From Thermoplasmatota archaeon (GTDB lineage Archaea > Thermoplasmatota > Thermoplasmata > Halarchaeoplasmatales > Halarchaeoplasmataceae), in assembly GCA_018334755.1 (NCBI GenBank), contig JAGXLI010000001.1, positions 21,023 through 85,022 of the forward strand: a DNA stretch of 64,000 bases. The letters are read 5' to 3'. Both the position numbers and the translations under genes were made by a program. Positions 10,146-20,627 of the stretch are shown piece after piece (the first letter of the stretch is position 1; the number at the start of each line of letters is the position of its first letter). The notes under the pieces were generated by a model that saw nothing but the letters and a program-made list of their open reading frames with translations, searched no databases and had not been told where the DNA came from.

Positions 10146-13100
10146 CTAGTCTTCTTCACTAGGTTCTTCTTCGAAGGTAGATTCATCAGTAGACTCTTCT
10201 TCACCGAACAGGGCTTCTTCATTGGATCCCTCTTCCTCGAAGATTGGTTCGTCCTGGCTCTCTTCTTCACCGAACAGTTCTTCCTCAGTAGACTCTTCTT
10301 CTTCGAAGCTTGACTCGTCCCCGCTCTCTTCTTCACCGAACAGTTCTTCTTCAGTAGACTCTTCTTCTTCGAAGCTTGACTCGTCCCCGCTCTCTTCTTC
10401 ACCGAACAGTTCTTCTTCAGTAGACTCTTCTTCTTCGAAGCTTGACTCGTCCCTGCTCTCTTCTGGGGGTTCGGGCGGCCGTCTCGCTGTGTCTTTCTCT
10501 CTCGTATACAGAAGCCCGATGACGATCAGTAGCAGGATTATGATCGGGATGAGATATAGACTCAAACCGAACCCGTCCAGCATGCCTTCTTCACTCACCT
10601 GTGCTTCACTCACATCTACGCTTATAGTTTGAGTGTCTTCGTTGCCTGAACCGTCTCTGACCGTCAGCGTCACGATGTGCTCTCCGGACTCATCGAAGGT
10701 GTAAGGAATCTTCTTTCCAACATATTCCTCTCCGTCTATGGTCCAGACATATTCACTTATATTTCCAGTAGAGTTCCCGGCGTTGAGGATCTCTCTCTCG
10801 CCCTTATCAAGACTTCTGTTTCCGCCCGCCACGACTGCCGTTAATTCCTCTACGGTCTTTTCAGCTACATCTACAGTTATGGTATTAGAGCCGCTGTTCC
10901 CGGCAGCGTCTTTGACCATCAACGTGACATCGTACTCTCCGGATTCATGGAACGTGTAGTTGACCATCTTTCCTTCAAATTTATCTCCGTCTATAGTCCA
11001 GTTGTACTCGACTATCTCCACATTATCCGAAGAACCGCTGCCGTCGAAGGTGACCTCATCACCTTCCTCTACGTTTTTATCTTCACCGACATCGGCGACC
11101 GGGGCAGTTGCGTCTTTGACCGTGACGTTCAACGTATCGGTATCCGTGTTCCCGGCAGCGTCCCTGACCATCAACGTGACCTCGTACTCACCGGGATCAT
11201 CGAACGTGTAGTCGAACATCCTGACATCGAATTCTTCTCCTTCTATGTTCCAGATGTAATCGACTATCTCGACGTTATCCGAAGAGCCGGTGCCGTCGAA
11301 AGTGACATCGGTATCCTCGTCCACGTTTTTATCTTCACCCGCGTCGGCGACTGGATCGGTGATATCCTTGACCGTGACTATTACAGTGTCTGTGTCAGTG
11401 TTACCTTCAGCGTCTCTAACGGTCAGCGTGACCTCATACTCACCGGGATCATCGAACGTGTAGTTGATCCTTTCGCCTCCGAACTCTTCTCCGGTTATAT
11501 TCCAAGTATACTCGACTATCTCCACATTATCCGAGGAAGCGTTGCCATCGAAAATGACTTCGGTATCTTCCTCTACGTTTTTATCTTCTCCAGCGTCGGC
11601 GACCGGATCGGTCGCATCTTTGACCGTTATCATTACAGCATCGGAGTCCGTATTATCTTCGCCGTCCTTTACGGTCAGCGTCACTTCGTACTCTCCCGGT
11701 TCGTCGAACGTGTACGGGATCAATTCTCCTCTATATTCTTCTCCGTCTATAGTCCAGATGTACTCGGCTATATCTCCGGAGGATCCTCCGGCGTCTAGGA
11801 CCACTCTAGTGTCTTCATCCACGCTTCTATCTTCGCCTGCATCCGCTATCACTTCTTCCACGACAGTCATATGCCGGCTCTCAGATCCAAGGATTACTTC
11901 ATAATCTCCAGGTTCTTGGAGCGTGATGTTCTCGGTTATGTCTATGACTTCATCTACCACGACAGTATAAGTCCAGGACTCGACGACGATTCCAGTTTCG
12001 TTTTCAACCACTAGATCGATCTGTCCTTCGGCGGTCCCTACGTTTTCGACCGTTCCGTTGATCGTCACCTGCTCGCCTTCGACGATCTCAGAGGGATCTA
12101 CACTCAGATCGGCAATATCAAATTCCGGTACGGCCTCTTCCACGGTCACGGTCTCGCTTTTATCTCCTATTGTGACCGTATAAACCCCTGGCTCCTGGAG
12201 CGTGACGTTCTCGCTTATATGCGTGGTATTACCGGCCCCTACAGTATAATTCCATGACTCGACGACGATTCCAGTTTCGTTTTCAACCACCAGTTGGATC
12301 TGTCCTTCGGCGGTCCCTGTATTCTCAACCGTTCCGTTGATCGTCACCTGCTCGCCTTCGACGATCTCGGTCGGATCTACACTCATATTGCTGACATCAA
12401 ATTCCGGTACGGCCTCTTCTACGGTCACGGTCTCGCTTCTATCTCCTAGAGTGACCGTATAATCCCCAGGTTTCTCGAGTGTGACGTTCTCGGTTATATT
12501 CAAGGTCTTCCCGGCGCCTACAGTATAAGTCCAGGATTGGACGACACCGCCGGTTTCGTTTTCAACCACCAAATCTATCTGTCCTTCGGCGGTCCCTGTA
12601 TTCTCCACGGTACCGTTTATCATTATCTTGTCGCCTTCGACCACTCGATTTGGAGCGGTGAGGTTCAGAACGTTCAGGTCCGATGCTCTTTTTTCTACGA
12701 ATATACCGACCTGAGCGGTATCGGAGTTATTTTCTGCATCCGTAACTATCAACGTTGCGTCATAGGAACCCGAATATGGGAGTGAATGGGATATTACATC
12801 TCCTTGGAGTGTCACGGAATAGTTCTGGTTTGCGGCATCTCCGCTGATGCCTTCGACTACCCATTGGTAATCAACGATACCTATATTGTCGATAGATGCC
12901 GAACCGTTCAAGGTGAAGGTTTCGTTTGTTTTTACCAATTTGTGGCTTCCCCCTTGAGCGACCGGACTTTCAGTATCTATCGAATAAACGTTTATGGTAT
13001 CGGTATCGTGATTACCGTGGAAGTCCGTGACATTCAAGCTCACGGTATAATTCAGAGCGTAATCGAGGGTATGGTGGGTCGTTTCATGATATAGGGTGAT

Positions 13101-16100
13101 CGAAGATCCAGTCGGATCTTCTATATTCCAGGTATAGTTTGCTATGCCTACATTATCGTGGGAATTTGACGCGTCTAAAGTGATTTCGTCGCCCTGGTAA
13201 GCGGTGAAGTTCCCTCCGGCGTCAGCGACCGGCAGCGCCGTATCGTTCAGATAGAATTCCCAACTATTTCCGTAGGGTTCGACGTTTCTAATTTTATAGT
13301 CCTGGTACTCCGCGACCACGTACCAAGAGTGATTGGTAGCCATCGCTTCTTCTGATAGGTTCCAAGACACGGAAGCAGTTCCGTTCATCACACCACTGTC
13401 GTAACCTATCAGCTTGTCTGTCTGGTTCTGGTAGAAACTCACGTTCACCGGCTGTCCGATGGGTGTAGTTATGTCTACCGATAAAGTCTGGTTGGCCCCG
13501 TCCACTTGGGCTTCATCGGCTGGAACAGGATTAACGGCATCTGGCATCGGGGGTTCCTCTTTAGAATTTTCGTTCATATCCATATTGTCCACTCTATCGA
13601 CGGCTCTCACCACATAGTGCCACTGTATCCCGTCGTCACCTCTGTTTGGATCCTGGTACATGTAACTTGCTGAGTCGTCGGCCTTGACCGTGTCTATAAT
13701 TGTACTTTGATCCCAAGGTCCGGTAGAATAGTTAGATCTATAGATCACGTAATGATCCACGTCATCGGCTCCTGCACCGTCGTCGGCCGAGGCGTTCCAG
13801 GTGATCTCGTTACCCTTAACAGGGTCTAGATAAAGATCGTGTATCGATTTTAAACGTATATCGTCGACGCGCCAGCCGGCTCCATAGGCCCCGTCAAAGG
13901 CTTCTACTCCCGCGGTCCAATTGAGGTGAACGGTTTGTCCCTGATAAGCCGTCAGGTCGAAAGTGACGGTCTCCCAGCCGACTGCGCCGCCCCAGCCGGA
14001 TTCTCCTCCGAGTGGGTTACCATAACTGTCACTTATCGTACCGTCGTAACCGCTTTCAGGTTCGATGAGCTGGTAATTGCCATTAGCCCCAGTAGTAGAT
14101 ATCTTGAGATTACCACCGTCGTAGAGAGATGAATCCCCGAAGTCCCTCCAGTGTTGGAAGGTCAGTTTTACGTTATCGCCATCTTCAGGTATCGCCATTT
14201 GAGGTGTGATCAGTGAACTCATCATACCGTGAGAACTGTTCTTGTTGAACTGACCGTCGCCCCAGTCCCAGGAATTGTTCCCACTGACGGAACCGTGCTG
14301 CCGGATACCCCAGTCGCTGGCTTCTGCGTGGCTTTCTTCCGTTAAATATCCAAGATCGCCGCCTTCTACGTCATCGTACCATACAGTTTCCTCCCTGACC
14401 TTGGTATCGCCGTACCAATCCACGGTGAGATTATCCACCTGCTGGGGAGGCTTCGCATTTATCACGGCAGAGGCCGTCTTCCAAGTGGAGTAAGGAAGAT
14501 AAGTCTCGAAAGTGAAGGTAGCCGAGGTATTGGTCTTGTACCCGTCAGAGACCTCTGCATACCAATGGAAAGTACTGTTGGAACCTATGTACTCGAAGGT
14601 AACTCCGGCCCTCGTTCCGGATTCAACAGCCGTTACTGTTTTATTCCTGATCTCGCTGCCCGTTTCATTCAGTAGATGGAAGGTGACGTCAAGATCATCT
14701 CCATTGGGATCGGAGACGTTCACGCTGAGATCCGGTGAATGGGTCACATTCGTTTCGCCGTCGGTCGGGATCGGGTCCGTTGGTTTGTTCGGTGGATAGT
14801 TATGATCCACGGAGATCCTTCTAGTGGTGATATTGTCCTCTATGTTGTCGTCTTTCGGATGCATTGTTTTCAACTTGAGGACGTAGTCGCTCGGGACGAC
14901 GGCCGGTGTCCAATTAGCGAACTGAAGCTGTGTATTTTGAGTTATATTCAACGAATCTATGATCGCCTGGGAGTCGTATTCAGGGGTGGTATATTCATTC
15001 GTGACGGTCACGTTGTCGATCGTCCAGAACTCGTCCTGTTCGACTTCCATCGAGTAGAACTGCCATCCGACCATGATGTTGTCTTCACCGGAGGCCCACT
15101 GAGAAAGATCGTATGAGATATTGCCTTCCCCTACACTGCTTCCGATCCGCTGATAAGTGGTACCGTTGTCCGTTGATATCAACATGTCCCTGTCGTTGGT
15201 TCCGTTGTATCTGGATTCGAACTCCAGCAGGACACGGTGTGTCCCCACGGTACAATTTATCGGACCGGTCCATAAGACGTCATCCTCGTAGGCATCCGCC
15301 GGTGCGATCTGCATGAAGTCTCCATTTGTATCAGTCCACGTGTTATTGTTTCCGTTCCTGTCCTCCGTGGTCCAGTTGGCCGGCATACCCGCGGAGAAGT
15401 TCTCATCTACCTCCGTGACTTCAGTGATCGGTTCGATCGTCATGTTAACCGGCGTGTCCGTGATGTTCTGATTTCCCACGTTGGATACGGTTCCAGAGAC
15501 TTCCTGCTGATATTGGTAGACGGGTTCGACCGGAGTATCTATGGAAGTAGCTTCTAAATCATAAATCACGGGTCTGACCTTAACCGTCCTTCGTACCGAA
15601 TCGTTAGATTGATTCGAATCGTTTGATAATCTCGTGGTGCTGTTGATGATGTACATCCCGTCAGAGGAGGGAGTCCAGTTAGCGAATGTTGCCGTCGTGT
15701 TTTCCCCTGTATTCACATCGACCGTGACTTCGTCCGTATATTCCTGGGTCGTGTAATAAACTTCGACGTTGTCGATAGACCAGTCGTCGTATGACGAGGT
15801 CCCGTTGGTACTGTTGAATCTAAAGCCGATCTTCAGGTCCGAACTGCCGTCAGCATACGTAGAGATATCGAAATCGTACTTTCCATCCTCATCTCCAAAT
15901 CTAACGATCCTGTTCCAGGTGGCTCCACCATCGTTGCTTACAAGCACATCGCCGTAGGAATCTCCAGAGATACTGCTGTTATAGAAATCACTATCGAACT
16001 TTAACCGGGTGTTCGTGGCGTTCGTAGCATTGATCTTTGGAGTGATCAGATACTCGTCCTGCCACACGTCAGAGGAAGCTTCTTCGACAAAAGCATAAGG

Positions 16101-19100
16101 AGTATCAAAATTATATCCGTCATCCCATTTCCAGGTCTCTGAAGATTCATTGTCTATAGTCCATTCGGAAGGTATTTCGTCGTTGAAGTCCTCTTTTAGT
16201 AATCCAACTTTTTTGCCTATCGTGGTGTTGACCGGAACGTCGGTTTCGTCGACAGTCCCGTAGTTACCGACATCGGCTGTCACGTTCTGGGTGCGGTTGA
16301 AGACGACATTCGAGGGTGATATGATCTCTTCGACCCCGGTATCACTTATATTATAGGCGTCAAATTCTTCTACAGAATAATTATTGGTATCGTCCATATC
16401 AGATGACAATTCCGTCGTAACGTTAATCAAGTAGCCTCCGGGAGAAGGAGGGGTGAAATCTGCAAATGTGACATTTTTGTCCTGCCCAGCATCGATAGGT
16501 TCGTTGATCTCATCGGTATAGACTGGACTCGTTGTGTAGCCAGTTATATTGACGTTATCTACCCGCCACCATTCTGGTTCTGAATGATAGCTGTTATAGA
16601 ATCTAAACCTTACTTTTACGTTATTTTTACCCGCTGCCCACTGGGTCAGATCCATCGTTTCCGTTCCGCTGCCGGCAGTATCTACGAGATCCCAGGTACT
16701 ACCTCCATCGTTGGAGATGTATACTTCCCTAGTGTTATAACCCTCATAATCCGAGTCGAAAGTGAGTTCGACCTTGTAATCGGAGCTTGAAAGGTCGTAT
16801 GAAGCGGTGGTCATATTGTCTTCTTCATCGTCTTCAGTACTGTCGACCTGCATGTAGTCTCCGTACGTCTCGTTCCAAGTATTATTGTTACCATCTACGC
16901 TCGTAACATTCCAATCCGTAGGTAATCCAGAGGTGAAGTTTTCATCAACGGCGTAGTTATTCGCCGATATCTTCTTTATCGTTGCGTTCACAGGCACGTT
17001 TTCGTCGAAAGTCCCTAGATTACTAACATTAGCTTCGACGGCCTGTGTGACAACTCCAACGGTGCCGGTCGGTGAGATTATATGGTCCGTAGCTGCATCG
17101 TGATCGTCTATGACCTCTATCTCTTTTATCGTATGATCGTTAGATTGATCAGTATCTCCTGATAATAATGTCGTAGAGTTCATCTCGTATATGGCCTCTT
17201 CACTCGGTGTCCAGCTTGCGAAATCTGCGGTCGTGTTTGCTCCCGCGTTCACGTCTACTGTAACTTCGTCCATATATTCTGTCGACACAGAATTAAACTG
17301 TACGTCGTCCATATACCAATCCCAGAGGCCATAACTATCCCCGTCAAATTCAAACCTTACCTGGGTGCCGGTCCCTATATAACTCGATATATCCTTATCA
17401 TAAGAACTTGGACCTACATCTCCAGATATCGGGTTCGACCATGGGGTGATATCCGACCAACTGTCACTCGAATTTTGTCTAATAGAAACGTTACAATTAT
17501 ATCCGCCGCTATAATCATATATATATGAGTTGAAGTTGAGCGACAGGCTCGAGGAGCTCGTCGTGTCGATCGCCGGTGTCTGGAGATATGAATAGTCATC
17601 CGTGATGTCAGAATAGTCTAGATCCGCTTCTGGAGATGTTCCACCTGCTTCGCTACTGTCGGACTGCGACCAATCGCCGGATTCTGTAGTCCAACCTGTC
17701 GGTGGGACGCCGCCGGAGAAATCTTCGGATAACAAACTAGACATTTTCTTTATCGTCGTGTTCACAGGGACACCTGTCAGGTTATTGTCCCCGTAGTTAT
17801 GTACCACGCTTTTAACGGGATGAGTACTCGTATTCACTCTCTCTTCTGGAGAAGTGATCTCGGTAACCCCCACGTCATCGGTCGCCGCAGGTTCAGTACT
17901 CATCAGATCGTTTTCGCTTCCCGTCGTGTTATAGCCGGATCCTTCGTAACCCGGATCCTCGTCTAGGTACCATGCGGTTATGTTACCGTCATGTTCTACA
18001 TACAGCCCTTGTTCACTCGCATTCGTGGTAGTGCTGACGTTGCCCTTGAACAATCCGTCTATTTCCGGGCTTTCCGTCAATGTCACCATCACGCTGTCGA
18101 TCTCCGTCCCGGCAGCATCCTCGCTGGTTATGTTAACATCATAGGTGCCTTCGCCTGCAAGATCGATATCTCCCAGAGTGATGTTTACCGTGTCGTTCCC
18201 GGAATATTCGTTTCTATCTAAGGTAAACGTCGCATTTTTTATCATATCCTCCTGCGTATTGTATGCTGTCAGAGCGTAGTCCTGGTTGGGGGTACTGTCG
18301 TTGTTGGCATCGGCCGGGATATCGTGCCCTATAACCTTCACGGTATAGGTCCCGCTCTCTAGATCGTCCGGATGGACATACACGTTCTCCACGTTGTTCA
18401 CGTCGTCCCATCCGTCGCTGTTATTGTCGAATTCTCCCATCGCGTCAGTATTTGGATAAGAGAAACCGGTGTCGCTGACGGTTCCTCCGGTTTCATTGAA
18501 AGCGTTACCACGATAGACATCGCCGCCGGGCGAGATCACTTTTAGGTTGAGATCGTTCTTGAGTACTGGTGTTCCTCCGGAGCTGTCTCCTGACTGAGCG
18601 TTCTTATCCGTCCAGGCAAGGGTTATATTCAAAGGTTTGTCAGGGTCGTCGACCGTGAGCTGGTATTCGTCCTGTTCACCGGTCGTCAGTAGATTCGGCT
18701 GATCCTCCATCGTGAGACCCACTGGATCTGATTTAGGATATTCCAGTCTAGATAGGTCCACTATACCCCACCCTTCGTCTCGATTCGGGATATGGCCTCT
18801 TGAATTCCCAACATCAGGATCTAGATCTCTAGCCGAATTTATCAATATAGATTTGACCATCGCCGGGCTCGGAGTTTCTCCCTCGTTTGCTTCATACCAT
18901 TCGACGACGCTTGCAGCTGCGCCCGCCACAGCAGGATTGGACATCGACGTTCCCGACATCTCAGTGTAGCCTCCATCAGGCGTTAGTGAGTAGATGCCCT
19001 CGCCGGGAGCCGTGACGTCGGGTTTGATCCTATTGTCTTCCGTCCACCCTCTAGAACTGAAGTCCGCGACCGTCTCCGCATTTTCGAAGCCGTCATCAGG

Positions 19101-20627
19101 GTTATAAGTCTGTGTAGCTCCAACCGTTATGACGTTCTTTGCGGTACCCGGACTACCTATCGTTTGATCTCCTCTCGAGCCGTCGTTGCCCGCTGAGACC
19201 GTGATGACCATCGGCCTGTTCTCCGGAGTATCCCTATCCGCTTCCCTGACGGCCTGGTCGAAGACCGCGTCGGAATCACTGTAGGATCCGTCAGTACTTG
19301 AACCCCAAGAATTAGAATGTACGTAGGTGTCTGAACGCTGTGCCGGCTCCTCTACGATCGGATAATATTCGCTGGGTAAAAAGCTGCCGCCGGAATCGAA
19401 TATCCTTGTAGCGAAGACTTCAGAATCGTATGCTAGGCCCTGGGCCATGTAATAGTCGGCAAAACTGAACGTTTGACCCGTCCCACCATAGGCGTCGGCT
19501 GCTATCGAACCGGCGGTGTGGGTGCCGTGACCGTGTCCGTCTTCCCAGTTGGTGGGATCGCTTCCGAAGGAATATCCTCCTATGACCCGTCCATCTAGAT
19601 CGGAATGACCTGCATTGCCGACGGTTCCGTCACCCAGACCGGTATCGGCGGGTGAGACCGTCACACCTTCGCCTGTATAACCGATCTGATTTATGTATGC
19701 GCCGTGATCCCCGTGGTTCCTGTAAGGGATGTCGGGATTTCCTTCACGCTGGTCGCCGCCGGAGTGAGCATACTCATCATCCATGAACCAGCATCCGCCG
19801 CCGATTATCTGTGAGTCCATCTCCCCGTGTAGTTGAGGTTCCAGATGGGGTGATATATAATACACGTCGTTCATCTTCGCTAGGTCATAGAGTTCTTTCT
19901 CGGAATCGGCTTTTAAGATCAGTCTGTGACCTTCTTCTAGATCCTCCGAACCTAGAATTTTCAAGTCCGACTTTAACTTCTTGACTCTCTTCCTCTCAGC
20001 GTTCGGCCTGAGGGTGACGTCGACCACGCCGGGCCTGACGTCGGAATGGAGCTTGTAGGCCGGCTGATATATACCGACCCAGTCCACGTAATCTAACGAT
20101 TCAACTTCTTCAGCCTCTTCCGGCGTCATGCTGACTTCATAGGCGTAATTCGGCACGGAATTTACTATGTTGACGCCCTTATCTTCCAGGCCGGCTCTCC
20201 ATTCTGGATTTACGGGACCTAAAAAGTGAACGATGTAAAGTCCCTCGGTCTCGGGCTCGTAATCATCTATCTGAAGGCTGGGATCGATTTTACCATTTCC
20301 TTTCTCGATATCGAAGGTATGTCCTTTTACTGAAACCTTCGTTCTGTCGGGGAGAGTGTTGTAGATCATACCCCTCTCGGCGAGATCATCTATCTCCTCC
20401 TCAGTTCCCTCTACCAGAGCGCGGTTTCCATATCGCTCCAAGACATCCGGGCCCATACTGTTTATCTGGGAGATGTCTTCTGTTTCGGTATCGAGGAGTA
20501 CGATCTCGGTTTCTTCTTCCTTACTCGGTCGTGAGTTCGCCAGTGCTCCACCCGCTACGGAGAGCACCGAGAAGAACAGTATCGCTATGGCAAATAATGC
20601 TGCAGACTTTTCTTTTATGCTCACCAT
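10146..20627 (-). CDS. giant (3493 aa) cell-surface subtilisin-like (S8) protease / adhesin-like multidomain protein with a C-terminal TM anchor and a repetitive polyacidic cytoplasmic tail
   Basis: Signal peptide MVSIKEKSAALFAIAILFFSVLSVAGGALA. An N-terminal domain is shared with the second S8 (GPV.PEW). S8 catalytic motifs are DTGLGDG, HGHGTHTAGSIAA and GTSMSNPAVAGAAA. Then come several roughly 200-aa W/D-rich beta-sandwich modules (MAM, cleaved-adhesin or choice-of-anchor-like), three tandem CARDB-like 90-aa modules and five PKD domains (ADAGEDKNV...YTWNI...GEYEVTLTV). The TM helix is LYLIPIIILLLIVIGLLY, followed by the tail (EEEESTEEELFGEEESGDESSF)x3. NxS/T sequons are very dense. Confidence 0.85.
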   Translation of the reverse strand: MVSIKEKSAALFAIAILFFSVLSVAGGALANSRPSKEEETEIVLLDTETEDISQINSMGPDVLERYGNRALVEGTEEEIDDLAERGMIYNTLPDRTKVSVKGHTFDIEKGNGKIDPSLQIDDYEPETEGLYIVHFLGPVNPEWRAGLEDKGVNIVNSVPNYAYEVSMTPEEAEEVESLDYVDWVGIYQPAYKLHSDVRPGVVDVTLRPNAERKRVKKLKSDLKILGSEDLEEGHRLILKADSEKELYDLAKMNDVYYISPHLEPQLHGEMDSQIIGGGCWFMDDEYAHSGGDQREGNPDIPYRNHGDHGAYINQIGYTGEGVTVSPADTGLGDGTVGNAGHSDLDGRVIGGYSFGSDPTNWEDGHGHGTHTAGSIAADAYGGTGQTFSFADYYMAQGLAYDSEVFATRIFDSGGSFLPSEYYPIVEEPAQRSDTYVHSNSWGSSTDGSYSDSDAVFDQAVREADRDTPENRPMVITVSAGNDGSRGDQTIGSPGTAKNVITVGATQTYNPDDGFENAETVADFSSRGWTEDNRIKPDVTAPGEGIYSLTPDGGYTEMSGTSMSNPAVAGAAASVVEWYEANEGETPSPAMVKSILINSARDLDPDVGNSRGHIPNRDEGWGIVDLSRLEYPKSDPVGLTMEDQPNLLTTGEQDEYQLTVDDPDKPLNITLAWTDKNAQSGDSSGGTPVLKNDLNLKVISPGGDVYRGNAFNETGGTVSDTGFSYPNTDAMGEFDNNSDGWDDVNNVENVYVHPDDLESGTYTVKVIGHDIPADANNDSTPNQDYALTAYNTQEDMIKNATFTLDRNEYSGNDTVNITLGDIDLAGEGTYDVNITSEDAAGTEIDSVMVTLTESPEIDGLFKGNVSTTTNASEQGLYVEHDGNITAWYLDEDPGYEGSGYNTTGSENDLMSTEPAATDDVGVTEITSPEERVNTSTHPVKSVVHNYGDNNLTGVPVNTTIKKMSSLLSEDFSGGVPPTGWTTESGDWSQSDSSEAGGTSPEADLDYSDITDDYSYLQTPAIDTTSSSSLSLNFNSYIYDYSGGYNCNVSIRQNSSDSWSDITPWSNPISGDVGPSSYDKDISSYIGTGTQVRFEFDGDSYGLWDWYMDDVQFNSVSTEYMDEVTVDVNAGANTTADFASWTPSEEAIYEMNSTTLLSGDTDQSNDHTIKEIEVIDDHDAATDHIISPTGTVGVVTQAVEANVSNLGTFDENVPVNATIKKISANNYAVDENFTSGLPTDWNVTSVDGNNNTWNETYGDYMQVDSTEDDEEDNMTTASYDLSSSDYKVELTFDSDYEGYNTREVYISNDGGSTWDLVDTAGSGTETMDLTQWAAGKNNVKVRFRFYNSYHSEPEWWRVDNVNITGYTTSPVYTDEINEPIDAGQDKNVTFADFTPPSPGGYLINVTTELSSDMDDTNNYSVEEFDAYNISDTGVEEIISPSNVVFNRTQNVTADVGNYGTVDETDVPVNTTIGKKVGLLKEDFNDEIPSEWTIDNESSETWKWDDGYNFDTPYAFVEEASSDVWQDEYLITPKINATNATNTRLKFDSDFYNSSISGDSYGDVLVSNDGGATWNRIVRFGDEDGKYDFDISTYADGSSDLKIGFRFNSTNGTSSYDDWSIDNVEVYYTTQEYTDEVTVDVNTGENTTATFANWTPSSDGMYIINSTTRLSNDSNQSNDSVRRTVKVRPVIYDLEATSIDTPVEPVYQYQQEVSGTVSNVGNQNITDTPVNMTIEPITEVTEVDENFSAGMPANWTTEDRNGNNNTWTDTNGDFMQIAPADAYEDDVLWTGPINCTVGTHRVLLEFESRYNGTNDRDMLISTDNGTTYQRIGSSVGEGNISYDLSQWASGEDNIMVGWQFYSMEVEQDEFWTIDNVTVTNEYTTPEYDSQAIIDSLNITQNTQLQFANWTPAVVPSDYVLKLKTMHPKDDNIEDNITTRRISVDHNYPPNKPTDPIPTDGETNVTHSPDLSVNVSDPNGDDLDVTFHLLNETGSEIRNKTVTAVESGTRAGVTFEYIGSNSTFHWYAEVSDGYKTNTSATFTFETYLPYSTWKTASAVINAKPPQQVDNLTVDWYGDTKVREETVWYDDVEGGDLGYLTEESHAEASDWGIRQHGSVSGNNSWDWGDGQFNKNSSHGMMSSLITPQMAIPEDGDNVKLTFQHWRDFGDSSLYDGGNLKISTTGANGNYQLIEPESGYDGTISDSYGNPLGGESGWGGAVGWETVTFDLTAYQGQTVHLNWTAGVEAFDGAYGAGWRVDDIRLKSIHDLYLDPVKGNEITWNASADDGAGADDVDHYVIYRSNYSTGPWDQSTIIDTVKADDSASYMYQDPNRGDDGIQWHYVVRAVDRVDNMDMNENSKEEPPMPDAVNPVPADEAQVDGANQTLSVDITTPIGQPVNVSFYQNQTDKLIGYDSGVMNGTASVSWNLSEEAMATNHSWYVVAEYQDYKIRNVEPYGNSWEFYLNDTALPVADAGGNFTAYQGDEITLDASNSHDNVGIANYTWNIEDPTGSSITLYHETTHHTLDYALNYTVSLNVTDFHGNHDTDTINVYSIDTESPVAQGGSHKLVKTNETFTLNGSASIDNIGIVDYQWVVEGISGDAANQNYSVTLQGDVISHSLPYSGSYDATLIVTDAENNSDTAQVGIFVEKRASDLNVLNLTAPNRVVEGDKIMINGTVENTGTAEGQIDLVVENETGGVVQSWTYTVGAGKTLNITENVTLEKPGDYTVTLGDRSETVTVEEAVPEFDVSNMSVDPTEIVEGEQVTINGTVENTGTAEGQIQLVVENETGIVVESWNYTVGAGNTTHISENVTLQEPGVYTVTIGDKSETVTVEEAVPEFDIADLSVDPSEIVEGEQVTINGTVENVGTAEGQIDLVVENETGIVVESWTYTVVVDEVIDITENITLQEPGDYEVILGSESRHMTVVEEVIADAGEDRSVDEDTRVVLDAGGSSGDIAEYIWTIDGEEYRGELIPYTFDEPGEYEVTLTVKDGEDNTDSDAVMITVKDATDPVADAGEDKNVEEDTEVIFDGNASSDNVEIVEYTWNITGEEFGGERINYTFDDPGEYEVTLTVRDAEGNTDTDTVIVTVKDITDPVADAGEDKNVDEDTDVTFDGTGSSDNVEIVDYIWNIEGEEFDVRMFDYTFDDPGEYEVTLMVRDAAGNTDTDTLNVTVKDATAPVADVGEDKNVEEGDEVTFDGSGSSDNVEIVEYNWTIDGDKFEGKMVNYTFHESGEYDVTLMVKDAAGNSGSNTITVDVAEKTVEELTAVVAGGNRSLDKGEREILNAGNSTGNISEYVWTIDGEEYVGKKIPYTFDESGEHIVTLTVRDGSGNEDTQTISVDVSEAQVSEEGMLDGFGLSLYLIPIIILLLIVIGLLYTREKDTARRPPEPPEESRDESSFEEEESTEEELFGEEESGDESSFEEEESTEEELFGEEESGDESSFEEEESTEEELFGEEESQDEPIFEEEGSNEEALFGEEESTDESTFEEEPSEED
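10238..10470 (-). repeat. 3.5 tandem copies of a 66-bp in-frame repeat encoding the 22-aa acidic unit ESSFEEEESTEEELFGEEESGD in the cytoplasmic tail of the giant protein
   Basis: The unit gaagcttgactcgtccccgctctcttcttcaccgaacagttcttcttcagtagactcttcttcttc recurs perfectly at about 10304 and 10370, with diverged copies at about 10238 and 10436. Confidence 0.8.
11880..12700 (-). repeat. three tandem DNA repeats of about 273 bp encoding CARDB-like modules (VPEFD..SVDP.EIVEGEQVTINGTVEN.GTAEGQI.LVVENETG)
   Basis: Strings such as gattccagtttcgttttcaaccac recur at about 11990, 12270 and 12545. The protein modules are more than 80% identical. Confidence 0.6.

Noticed and set aside
10082-10402. 106-aa minus ORF with KKRAGTSQASKKKSLL repeats overlapping the 3' end of the giant gene
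   Set aside because: It is the other frame of the same 66-bp repeat. Its periodicity comes from the repeat, not from an independent gene.
10222-11904. Several plus-strand ORFs (10222..10632, 10738..10959, 10947..11798, 10960..11211, 11464..11904) inside the giant minus-strand gene
   Set aside because: Their Ser/Thr/Val-rich low-complexity translations are the antisense of repetitive acidic/PKD coding sequence, and they tile one continuous 10.5-kb ORF with intact S8 motifs.
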